DNA of 63,143 nt, from contig JBNGIO010006164.1 in assembly GCA_049999805.1 (NCBI GenBank), forward strand, positions 151,939-215,081. The letters run 5' to 3'. The position numbers and the translations under genes are program-made. The notes under the pieces are model-generated. The model ran no database searches, was not told the DNA's origin, and saw nothing but the letters and a program-made list of their open reading frames with translations. Numbering within the stretch: position 1 is the first letter of the stretch; every line of letters starts with the position of its first letter. This DNA is from Folioceros fuciformis (lineage: Eukaryota). Positions 22,051-32,116 of this stretch are shown piece by piece.

Positions 22051-22373
22051 ACACCTTATGTACCTCATCCCAAAATGCTGCTTGAAGGCAAGTGAACGCA
22101 GCATCCATCAGCACAGTCATGGGTGTTTTAATCTGGTGTCCTGCAGGGATCTGCAGGCGAATGATCGTCCAGAACGCTCTTGTAGGACACAAAGGTTTGA
22201 TGACCGATCTACGTATCCAGACCGGTTAATTGCGCAGTCGACTGCAACTGGCCTGTCCAAAATTCTTCTCCCCGAGGACCTCATTGGACTCTACATCACG
22301 GTAGTCAGCCGAAGAAGGGCACTCGTTGTGTTTACCTGCCACCCAACTACAGTACTGAGTTTACTTGTCATCA

Positions 22374-25300
22374 TCAGGTCTGCCCCGTCCCCCCTAGCAC
22401 AAGACTAGATGTGGCACGTATCCTTCGCTCTTCATGTTGCAAGCTTGCTGTCGCAACCTCGCAGGCATGCATACCTTCGCAATTGCGATGCTTTCTATCC
22501 CCAACCACAAAACTATGCACCAGTCCGTCCATGTCTGTCCACCAGCTCTCCCCTGGCTGCTTCCATGCCCCGACTCTTTTCCGAATCCCTTGCATCTCCT
22601 CTGCCTCCTTCCACATCTGGGCACTTATGTAAATGTTCGACATCAACACGTATGCTGATGGATCTTTTTGGTCAAGCGTCACTGCTTCGTTGAAAGCATG
22701 GCATCCCACCTCCACATTCCTCCACTTTTGACACGCACCCAAGAGCATGTGCCAAACTGTGGTATCGGCTGGTATCGGCATTGTCTTTGCCACCATGAGG
22801 GCCTCATCAAGTTGGCCAGCACGGCCCAGGAGATCCACCATACATGAGTAGTGCTCTGCCATGGGAGTGATGCCATAGCGTCCTCTCATATCCTCAAAGT
22901 AGTCTTGCCCCTTGCTCACCAGACCTGCATGACTGCATGCTGTTAGTACACTCAAAAATGTGATACCATCCGGCTGTACACCATCCTCTGCCATTCTGCG
23001 AACCAAGCAGAAAACCACTTCACTGTCCCCTTGACAAGTATACCCTGCAATCAGTGCGTTCCAGGCAACTACATCTTTTGCGGGCAATGCATTAAACACT
23101 TGCTGCGCATCAACCATGCTCCCGGACTTTGCATACATGTTAATCAAACTGATGGCTACAAACACATCAGCTTCAAGCCCTTGCTCCCTTATGTCCACAT
23201 GAAGCTGCCTTCCCAGATGTAAAGCTGCCACATCCGCACATGCCTGCAAGACCGCCACGAACGTCATACCAGAGGGTGCAGCAGTGCCTTCGTTTTGCAT
23301 GCCACAGTAGAGATGTATGGCCTCGAGACTCATGCCCTGCTGCGAATAGCCAGCTATCATGGCATTCCATGTCACCACATCTTTTTGGAAAAGCCCATCA
23401 AACACTCTCTGAGCGTCTTCTAAGCTCCCACACTTTGCATACATGTTTACCAAACTATTGGCTACAAACACATCGGCTTCAAGTCCTTGTTCGCGTATCC
23501 GTGCATGAATCTGTTTCCCATTCTCCAAGGCTGACGTGCCCAAGCTTGCGCACGCCTGCAGGAGACACACAAACGTCACAGAATCAGGTGCAATTAAGCC
23601 TTCTTCTTGCATGGCACTGTAGAGGCGAAGGGCTTCCTGCCCCTTGCCCTGCTGGGAATATCCTGCTATAATTGCATTCCAGGTTACCACATTCCTTTGA
23701 TCAAGCGTGTCAAATACGTTCTGAGCATCCTCTAGGCTGCCACATTTTGCATACATGTTTACTAAACTGCTGGCAAAAAAGTCATCAGTCAAGAGTCCTT
23801 CGTCAACAATCTGTGCATGGATCTGCTTCCCCTTATCCAAGGCACAGATACCAACACTTGCACATGCTTGGAGAAGGCACAGAAATGTAACGGAATCAGG
23901 TGCTGCAATGCCCTCAACTTGCATTTCACCGTACAGAGAAAGGGCTTCCTCACCCATGCCCTTCTGAGAGTATCCCGCTATAAGAGCAGTCCAAGTCACC
24001 ACATTTCTTTCCTGCAGCCTGTCGAATGCACCCTGAGCATCCTCTAGGCTGCCACACTTTGCATACATGTTTACCAAACTGTTGGCCACAGCCACATCAG
24101 CTCCCAGCCCTTGTTCCACAATTTGTGCATGAAGATGCTTCCCCTTCTCCAAAGCTGGGGTACCCACGCTTGCACACGCCTGCAGCAGACAGACAAATGT
24201 CACGGAATTAGGTGCAGCAATGCCTTCTTCTTGCATGGCACTGTAAAGGCAAAGCGCTTCCTGACCCATGCCCTGATGGGAATAACCTGCTATGAGACTG
24301 GTCCACGTCACCACATTCTTTTGACGAAGGCTGTCAAACACGCCCTGAGCATCCTCCAGGCTGCCACATTTGGCATACATGTTTACCAAACTGTTTGCTA
24401 AAACCACATCAGCCTGCAGCCCTCGCTCCTCAATCCGTGCATGAAGCTGCTTCCCCTTCTCCAACGCCGAAATACCCACACTTGCACATGCCTGAAGAAG
24501 GCACACATATGTCACAGGATCAGCTGTAGTGATGCCTTCTTGTTGCATATCAGCGTAGAGCTGAAGGGCCTCCTGACCCATGCCCTGCTGAGCATATCCT
24601 GCCATCATGGCATTCCACAACACCACGTCTCGTTCAGGAACCCCATCAAACACTCTTTGCGCATCCTCCAAGCTGCCACATTTTGCATACATGTCCACCA
24701 AGCAACTAGAAATAAACAGGTCAATCCCAACACCACTGGCCATGACATCGGCGTGCACCTGCTGCCCAGTTTCCAAGTCTGCTTCCCTTGCACAAGCCTG
24801 TAGAGCCGCTACAAACACATGGCCATCTGGCTTAACGCTGGACCTGCGCATCTCTAGATACAGTTGCAGGGCCTGCCTTGCTTGCCCATGGTGAACATGT
24901 GCCGATATTATGGCAGACCACGTGAAGGCATCCGGCTTGGACACTACGCTGAACACATCCACGGCTTCCTGCAGCCGGGCATGGGACGAATACATTCGTA
25001 GGAGATGGTTGCACAAAAACGTGTCCGACTCATACCCCGCTTTCACACACACAGCATGGACTCGGCGACCCAGAACCAAATCTTTCCTCCTCAAACATTT
25101 CTGCAGCACCTCATACAGGAGATGGTGTGGGATACGAATGTCTGGGTTCGCGTGCGCCAGAACTATCAGAGCCTCGACAGCCTCACTGACATGTCCCTGC
25201 TGATATAGTTGGCTCACTGTTCTACGAGTGACTCCACATCCATATCCTGCAGGCCTGTCCTCGGCCTGCAAACTCGAAATGGATGGCCGCGTGCCACGAC

Positions 25301-25544
25301 AACCCAACTGCACATCCAACTGGAACTGGGCATCCACCAAAGCTGGCTTGTACAAGCTGTTCACCAAGACGACCTCGTTGAACACCTCTGTCCTTGCCTT
25401 GTTTGTGACCAGGAAACGATGTTTGAAACAGGAGGAATCCCATAGACAGCCCTCGTCTGCATCAACAACAACAGAGCCGAAGAACGCATCTGTGATTGGC
25501 CGGGCGCCACCTCCACACTTCATTGCATTCAGATCCACATTCAT
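22374..25544 (-). CDS. PLS-E PPR protein, WW-type, tail frameshifted
   Basis: 1056-aa ORF ending AWKQPGESWWTDMDGLVHSFVVGD. MKSEGYVPHL continues in another frame (ORF 22394-22624). No HxE. Confidence 0.93.
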   Translation of the reverse strand: MNVDLNAMKCGGGARPITDAFFGSVVVDADEGCLWDSSCFKHRFLVTNKARTEVFNEVVLVNSLYKPALVDAQFQLDVQLGCRGTRPSISSLQAEDRPAGYGCGVTRRTVSQLYQQGHVSEAVEALIVLAHANPDIRIPHHLLYEVLQKCLRRKDLVLGRRVHAVCVKAGYESDTFLCNHLLRMYSSHARLQEAVDVFSVVSKPDAFTWSAIISAHVHHGQARQALQLYLEMRRSSVKPDGHVFVAALQACAREADLETGQQVHADVMASGVGIDLFISSCLVDMYAKCGSLEDAQRVFDGVPERDVVLWNAMMAGYAQQGMGQEALQLYADMQQEGITTADPVTYVCLLQACASVGISALEKGKQLHARIEERGLQADVVLANSLVNMYAKCGSLEDAQGVFDSLRQKNVVTWTSLIAGYSHQGMGQEALCLYSAMQEEGIAAPNSVTFVCLLQACASVGTPALEKGKHLHAQIVEQGLGADVAVANSLVNMYAKCGSLEDAQGAFDRLQERNVVTWTALIAGYSQKGMGEEALSLYGEMQVEGIAAPDSVTFLCLLQACASVGICALDKGKQIHAQIVDEGLLTDDFFASSLVNMYAKCGSLEDAQNVFDTLDQRNVVTWNAIIAGYSQQGKGQEALRLYSAMQEEGLIAPDSVTFVCLLQACASLGTSALENGKQIHARIREQGLEADVFVANSLVNMYAKCGSLEDAQRVFDGLFQKDVVTWNAMIAGYSQQGMSLEAIHLYCGMQNEGTAAPSGMTFVAVLQACADVAALHLGRQLHVDIREQGLEADVFVAISLINMYAKSGSMVDAQQVFNALPAKDVVAWNALIAGYTCQGDSEVVFCLVRRMAEDGVQPDGITFLSVLTACSHAGLVSKGQDYFEDMRGRYGITPMAEHYSCMVDLLGRAGQLDEALMVAKTMPIPADTTVWHMLLGACQKWRNVEVGCHAFNEAVTLDQKDPSAYVLMSNIYISAQMWKEAEEMQGIRKRVGAWKQPGESWWTDMDGLVHSFVVGDRKHRNCEGMHACEVATASLQHEERRIRATSSLVLGGTGQT

Positions 25545-27007
25545 TCGAACAGCCCACTCGGGTCCCAGCTACGGACACCAAGAGCTTCTGGTAAGGATCC
25601 CGAAATTGGAATAACCCATATCGATGGCACATTGTGAGTCACATTCATGGCTTATTAATACCGCTGCCGTCCTCCTATGTTTTTCGCCTTAAACTAATGA
25701 GTAAGGAAAACAAAGCGCTGGGTCGAAGCCCGGTGCTGCGTCTACAGTACGCATGTATTTTTGGAAGGGGTGATAGGCTGGCCAGTGGTTGACGCTGCTT
25801 ACTTTGCAGAACTCTTCTGCGCGGGCCTCCCACCATACGAACGAAACCAAGTTGGATTGTGTGTGTGATTGGTCGGACTGTACTGCCGCGCGGCTGATGC
25901 AGCCATCGCTCGGCCTAACTTGTTTGAGTCGTCGTATTTGCGTCCTTGCATGCAGGCGGGGGATGATGTGCTGTCGAAGGTGGAGCAATATGACTCTGCT
26001 AGCTCAGAGACGATGGCGGGGAATCCTACTTCGCTTGTTGCCCTGCTTGGAAAGCTTGCTGAAGAAAGCTAGCCAGTGGCACCGACTGCATGTAGACCGT
26101 GCGTGGACGATGCCGCGTGCAAGCTGACCGTGTGTCCGCGCGCTGTTACCCTAAACCCTGAACTCGTGCTTGGCAGGCAAGGTTTTTTCCCTTCAAACAA
26201 GGTTTCTCTTCGTTGGCGAGGTTACAGGGGTACTGTCTGTCATTCAATGTTTTCGTGTGTTCATTTGTCCAGTTGGTACCAGTGTAGTGGTTTTGCAGGT
26301 GAGTATGTAACGCTCGGATGTCTGACCATAACCTGAAGCACCGCCGGATTGTGCTCCAGCCAACCCGGGCGCTACGGGACCGACCCAAACCCTACTCCTT
26401 CTACTCCATGGCTTCACCCAAACCTCTTCGCGCCTTGACTTCTCCTTCTTCATGATATGATAATGACCTGTCAAGGTCCAGTATTAAGGTCTGCAGATAG
26501 TCTGTCTGTTTGTTCCTGTGACTACTCCATCCTCTCCAAAACCTTGGAGCCGAATGTCCCTCCGTCAGAACAACCAAAACTAAAACCCATAGGTTATACA
26601 GGTAAGACGCCCGCATAAACTTCAAGCTCTATATCGACCTTCTCTACCAGTATCAAAGAGAGCCGCGAGCTCTCCTTCCATGGCTTTGATGGAGCCTCTC
26701 TCAACATCTTACGTTTCTTTGGGTGAGGTGGATGAAGATTGGTGTCGTTGTCTTCCTGTCGTAGTTGGCGACGTTTCCTGAAATCGAAAACGACCAAAAG
26801 TGAATAGAAACTTCACTTCAAAATGTTCTGCCTTCCACACGAGCAGTAATGATGCTGCGAGCAAGGAGTGCATCCCACTAAAGCTTGAATACAAGCTTGC
26901 ACATCCTGCACGCAAACACTCCTCACCAATGCTGCGGGTGCAAAGAGTCCGCACGACTCATTAGGGCGCAGATGAAGCATCTTGCAAGGAAGCGACGAAG
27001 GAACGAA

Positions 27008-27076
27008 GGGTGGAGTGGAGTGGAGTGGAGCGGAGTGCAGGGTGGAGTGGAGTGGAGCGGAGTGCAGGGTGGAGTG
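27008..27076. repeat. GGAGT pentamer microsatellite with a 28-nt higher-order duplication, 5' of the PPR ATG
   Basis: GGGTGGAGTGGAGTGGAGCGGAGTGCA-like unit repeated. Confidence 0.8.
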
Positions 27077-27110
27077 ATCGTCACACTGTCGATGTGCCTC
27101 AACTACCGTC

Positions 27111-30100
27111 ATGGCTGCCAGCTTCCTCAACCCAAAGTGGGCTCCTGGGAATGTCGTGAAAATTAAGCAGCAAGACGTATGGGTCTGTGGTGGTCGCAAT
27201 GGTACACCCCAGCTCTGGCTCAGCCCTGCCGTGTCACCTGGTGTGGGGAAGCTCGAAGGACCGGCAGCAGTTGCTGGAGCCAGCTACGGTCATGACGGCA
27301 GAACGCCACAAGAACAGCAGGAGCTTTTGTGGCAGGATTTCTTCTCGGATCCCGCACAGTGGTGGGATTGCAGGCAGGCTAAGAGAAGTCCCCGCCATCC
27401 GGACTTCAGGCACAAGGCCTCCAGGAAAGCCCTGTGGGTAGACAATCCTAGGAACCCTGGCTGGCTGCACGCTCAGCTAGCTGCGTGGGATGAGCAGGGG
27501 CATGCTGGGACCAGCTCTGGCACAGGGAGCCGACCTGGTCACTGGACACACGGAGAGGATATGTCGGAGGTGGATATCTGTCGGAGGCTGTGTGACAAGG
27601 GCCAATTAGGTGAGGCCATTGAAGCTTTGGACCTCCTGGTGCAGAGGGGACTGCGTTTTGATACTGGTCTTCTCTATTCCGTGCTCAAGAGGTGCATCGC
27701 ACAGAGGGATTTGCATCACGGGAAACGAGTCCATGTCCTCTCTGTTAGAAGTGGTAAGGAGACGGACAGGTTTCTGGGCAACCACATCATACGGATGTAT
27801 GCCTCCCATGGCCTGCTGGAGGACGCGGTGAACGTGTTTTCCAGGATAGCTGCTCCAAACACCTTCGCATGGGCTTCCATTATCAAGGCGCATGCGGATC
27901 ATGGACAGCCTGCGGAGGCCGTGAAATTGTATCGCCAGATGCGGCGGTCGACCATGGAGCCTAACAACCATATATTTGTGGCAGTCCTCAAAGCCTGTGC
28001 TTTGGCGGGAGACCTGGCTTCCGGGAAGGAGGTGCACACCGATATCCTGGAGAGTTCTCATGAACCCGACATGTTTGTTGGCAGCTCCTTGCTGGATATG
28101 TATGCAAAGTGCGGCAGTTTAGAGGATGCTCGTGCTGTGTTTGATGATCTGCCCGTGAAAGATGTGGTGACATGGACTGCCATGATCGCAGGGTATGCTC
28201 AGCACGGACGAGGTCAAGAAGCGCTGGATCTGTACGCCTCCATGCAGCACAACGGCTTGTTACCAGCCAATCACGTCACGTTTGTGTCCCTTCTAAAAGC
28301 ATGTGCCGTTGTGGGTGCTTTGCATCAAGGCATGCAGCTCCATTCGCTGATTCGTAAAAGAGGGCTGGAGAATGATGTGGTCATTGGTAGCTGCCTGGTT
28401 GACATGTACGCGAAATGTGGGAACTTAGAGGACGCTCGAAAGGTTTTTGACAACCTTCCCACTAGAAGTGTGGTGACATGGAATGCCATGTTTGCAGGGT
28501 ATGCGCAGCATAGTCTTGGTCAAGAAGCCATTGATCTCTATGCAAGCATGCAGCAAGAGGGCAAGACACTACCTGATCGTGTTACGTTCGTGTGCCTCCT
28601 CAAGGCTTGTGCCAGCGTCAGGGCTCTGCACCAGGGGAAGCAGCTGCATTCTAGGATTCAGGAAAGGGTGCTGCACACGGATATGGTTGTGGGAAGCTGC
28701 CTGGTTGACATGTATGCCAAGTGTGGGGACATCGAGCTTGCTCGCAGGGTCTTTGACGAGCTGCCCAGGAGGGATGTTGTTACATGGAGCGCAATGATTG
28801 GAGGATATGCCAGTCATGGCCGTGGGCACGATGCTCTTGATCTGTATGCAGTTATGCAAGAGGACGGCGTGGATCCAGCCAATCACATCACTTTCGTGTC
28901 CCTCCTGAAAGCATGTGCGATTGCGGGAGCCTTGCAACAAGGAAAGCAGCTTCATCTGCAACTTGAACAAAGAGGACTCGAAACTGATCTGGTTATTGGC
29001 AACTGTCTCGTTGACATGTATGCAAGGTGTGGAAGCTTAGAGGATGCACGCAGAGTTTTTGACCGGTTATCTTGTAGGGACGTGGTAGCTTGGAATGCGA
29101 TTCTTGGAGGCTACTGTCAGCAGGGGCTTGGTCAAGATGCCTTGGATCTTTATGCAAGTATGCAACAAGAGGTGCTGTCTGTGGGTAATCATGTTACGTT
29201 TGTCTGGCTCCTGAATGCATGTGCCAGTATTGGAGGTTTGCATCAAGGAAAGCAGCTTCATGATGTGATCCAAGACAAGGGATTAGATTCCGATGTGGTT
29301 GTCGGCAACTGTCTGGTGGACATGTATGCAAAATGTGGGAGCTTGGAAGGTGCTCGTAGAGTGTTTGAAACGTTGGCTGTGAAAGATGTGGTGACATGGA
29401 ATAGTCTGTTGAACGGTTATGCTAAACATGGGGATGGCCACAGGGCAATACAGTTTTTCGAAGAAATGCGGGAGGAAAGTGTAGAGCCGAATGGCGCCAC
29501 CTTCATTTCTTTGCTGGTAGCGTGCAGTCACAAGGGGCTGGTGAAAGAAGGCCAACGCTATTTTGGGATGATGGAGGAGCAGGGCATCGAGCCAACAGAC
29601 CAGCATCATAACTGCATGATTGATCTCCTTGGGCGGTCAGGGAATTTGGAAGGTGCTGAAAAGTTGTTGCAGTCTGTGCCTTTTGAAAATGATGTTGTAG
29701 GATGGACATCTTTGCTGAGTGCGTGTAAAAGCCATGGAGATGTAGAGCGTGGAAGGCGATGTTTTGAACGTCTGGTACGTTTGGAGCCTCAGACTGCAGC
29801 TGCTTACGTGCTCCTGGGGAATATCTATGCAAACGCAGGCATGTGGAGTGACGCAGAGGAAATCGAAAGGTTGAGAAAGTGCGCAGGTGCGTGGAAAAAG
29901 CCTGCAAAGGCTGGTATCGAAGTGAACAACAAGATGCACGAGTTCACTGTAGGAGACGAGAGACGTGACGTTGCTTCGAAGTTATTGAGCATGAACGTGA
30001 GGGTGCAGGATGAAGGCGGGCACGTGCCTTTGACTGAGCTGGTTCTGAAAGCAGTTTCGGAGAGTGAAAAGGAAGATGCATTGTGTGGACATGCGGAGAA

Positions 30101-30299
30101 GCTGGCATTAGCATATGGCCTGCTCAACACCCCGGAAGGGACAACTCTAGTGGTCACGAAGAACCTCCGCATGTGCAATGACTGTCACAGCGCCACCAAG
30201 ATTATGTCACACCTTGAGCAGCGCCAAATCATCGTAAGGGATGCACACCGCGTGCACTGCTTTGTGGATGGCTCATGTTCATGTGGGGACTGGCATTGA
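27111..30299 (+). CDS. PDF-motif + PLS-E-DYW:KP PPR protein (candidate U-to-C editing factor)
   Basis: 1062 aa. N-terminal LWQDFFSDPAQWWDCRQAKRSPRHPDFRHKASRKALWV, PLS array, WKKPAKAGIEV, GHAEKLALAYGL, CNDCH, C-terminus CSCGDWH. Confidence 0.95.
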   Translation: MAASFLNPKWAPGNVVKIKQQDVWVCGGRNGTPQLWLSPAVSPGVGKLEGPAAVAGASYGHDGRTPQEQQELLWQDFFSDPAQWWDCRQAKRSPRHPDFRHKASRKALWVDNPRNPGWLHAQLAAWDEQGHAGTSSGTGSRPGHWTHGEDMSEVDICRRLCDKGQLGEAIEALDLLVQRGLRFDTGLLYSVLKRCIAQRDLHHGKRVHVLSVRSGKETDRFLGNHIIRMYASHGLLEDAVNVFSRIAAPNTFAWASIIKAHADHGQPAEAVKLYRQMRRSTMEPNNHIFVAVLKACALAGDLASGKEVHTDILESSHEPDMFVGSSLLDMYAKCGSLEDARAVFDDLPVKDVVTWTAMIAGYAQHGRGQEALDLYASMQHNGLLPANHVTFVSLLKACAVVGALHQGMQLHSLIRKRGLENDVVIGSCLVDMYAKCGNLEDARKVFDNLPTRSVVTWNAMFAGYAQHSLGQEAIDLYASMQQEGKTLPDRVTFVCLLKACASVRALHQGKQLHSRIQERVLHTDMVVGSCLVDMYAKCGDIELARRVFDELPRRDVVTWSAMIGGYASHGRGHDALDLYAVMQEDGVDPANHITFVSLLKACAIAGALQQGKQLHLQLEQRGLETDLVIGNCLVDMYARCGSLEDARRVFDRLSCRDVVAWNAILGGYCQQGLGQDALDLYASMQQEVLSVGNHVTFVWLLNACASIGGLHQGKQLHDVIQDKGLDSDVVVGNCLVDMYAKCGSLEGARRVFETLAVKDVVTWNSLLNGYAKHGDGHRAIQFFEEMREESVEPNGATFISLLVACSHKGLVKEGQRYFGMMEEQGIEPTDQHHNCMIDLLGRSGNLEGAEKLLQSVPFENDVVGWTSLLSACKSHGDVERGRRCFERLVRLEPQTAAAYVLLGNIYANAGMWSDAEEIERLRKCAGAWKKPAKAGIEVNNKMHEFTVGDERRDVASKLLSMNVRVQDEGGHVPLTELVLKAVSESEKEDALCGHAEKLALAYGLLNTPEGTTLVVTKNLRMCNDCHSATKIMSHLEQRQIIVRDAHRVHCFVDGSCSCGDWH

Positions 30300-30549
30300 G
30301 TTCTGCAGATGGCTCAAGTGTTGAGAACGAGGATGATTGCAAAGCACGGTGTGGACACGGCTGGGATTCCACGGCAAAAGCCAAATGATTGGTTTGTGGT
30401 GTGTAGCCATTGCGGGCAGTTCAAAAAACTAGGCAAGACATCAGTCACTAAGGACTAAATGTGACATCGCAACAAATTTGTTGAGCTCAAGGCCGACGCC
30501 TTCTAAGTTGCTCGCTGGCAACGAAAACATTTTGTGTAGCCGCCGAACC

Positions 30550-31475
30550 TCATGGGGATGTCTCGAGCCCGGCAAGGGAGTCCTCGACCGCCTGCATGGC
30601 TAGCTGAATCTTGCCCGGAATGATGCAATCAAAGGGGGGCTGAGGATCGTACTCCATGGTGAGCTGGCAAGCCCTGGCCTTGCGGTCGCCAGCGAATTTT
30701 GCACAGAGCGTCAATCCGAAGTCAATTCCAGATGATACACCTGCGCATGTGGAGACCTTGGAGTTTTCCTACAGCGCACCACCAGTGACTGGTAAGTAGG
30801 GTTTGTTCATTCTAACCAAAGGGCATGAAGTCATGTAGCGTAGCACAGTATTGCTGTTCTCACCTCATCCACCCACACGATGCGCTGCGGAACGTAAGTG
30901 GCTCCGTATTCAGGTCTCTGGATTTCTTCCCTTGCTATCCAATGTGTGGTGGCGTTGGCCCCTTTGAGCAGCCCTGCAGCTGCCAGGATCAATGCTCCTG
31001 TGCACACAGACGTGGTGTACTTGGATGTCTGATGGGCCTGCAATTGCCATATTGTTGATTGCCTGAGATGTCAATTTGTTGAAGGAAACAGCAGAGTTGA
31101 CATTTTTGCATCCCTGAGACGTTCGTTTGTTGAAAGAAACAGAGTTGGTCAGTCTAAACTCACCTTCTGTACCCATTCGATGATGGGCTTCCATTGCCCT
31201 TCGCCCCACTTATAGGCTAAGGAAGTTTCGTACACAATCAAGCCTCCAGGAACAAGGATGACATCCGGGTTGGGCAAGGTTCGGTATGATTTGGTTGCAG
31301 TGAGGTGGATCATCTGGCTGTCAGACGTGTATTGCTGGCCCTCCTCGGCACCTACCAGATACACTTGCACGCCTTCCAGCTGCCACAGAGATTCGTAAGG
31401 CCCAATTATGTCCAGAGCTGTGAAGCCCTGGAACAGAGGGATGCCCACGCTTGACACCTTGGCACTGTCGCCCAT
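30550..31475 (-). CDS. DJ-1/PfpI family protein, isocyanide hydratase (InhA)-like, 3 exons, 234 aa
   Basis: Exons 31475-31164, 31037-30864 and 30768-30550, all GT-AG phase 0. Motifs LDIIGPYE, LVPGG, SVCTG, ATTHW, AGVSSGIDF, QLTMEYDPQPPFD. Confidence 0.88.
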
Positions 31476-31589
31476 CGTAGTGCTCTGCGAATTGCTGCAG
31501 CCTGTGCAGAAGTTGGGAAGGAGTGAAATGGGATTGGAAAGTCGTAGAATGGAGCGGAATGGATTGGGGATGCCAGGGGGTCGGCAAAC

Positions 31590-31598
31590 TTTATATAT
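31590..31598 (-). promoter_or_regulatory. Putative TATA box of the DJ-1/PfpI gene
   Basis: ATATATAAA on the minus strand about 115 nt upstream of ATG 31475. Confidence 0.45.
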
Positions 31599-31853
31599 CC
31601 ATCCCTACCAGCCTTCCTTATCCTTCGTATCGTGACGGAGTCATATCCTGACGAAGTCCCATCCGAAGAAGCATTCCTGGCTAATCACTGACTGTCCCGC
31701 TCCCGTTCCCTTTCCAGAGAAGAGACGCAAAAGTACCTTGCATTATTGGTGGACACGGAGAAAGACGGCCATCACTGTGGACATGGACGCCCTCCAGTTC
31801 GTACTTTCATCCTTTGCAAATTCTTGTCAGCGCACTGCCAACTTGCTTCCAAG

Positions 31854-31941
31854 CTCCGTCGATTCCACGGCATCTCCGTCGATTCCACGGCATCTCCGTC
31901 GATTCCACGGCATCTCCGTCGATTCCACGGCATCTCTGTCG
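31854..31941. repeat. 20-bp tandem repeat, 4 copies plus a partial copy
   Basis: CTCCGTCGATTCCACGGCAT head-to-tail with no spacers. Confidence 0.95.
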
Positions 31942-32116
31942 TATGAGCAATGGTACGCGCATACCGACTTTTGAAATGTATAAGGCGCAGTGTCAACACG
32001 TGAACAAACTTGGATCTCGAGAACTCCTCATCGGTACCCAATTGGCCTTTAGGAACCATAAAATCATTCCTATGGCCGCCCTTGACAGTTTTCTATAGCC
32101 CCTGTTGAATCTTGGG

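Noticed and set aside
31854-31941. CRISPR-like array
   Set aside because: The repeats are contiguous with no spacers, there are no cas genes, and the context is eukaryotic.
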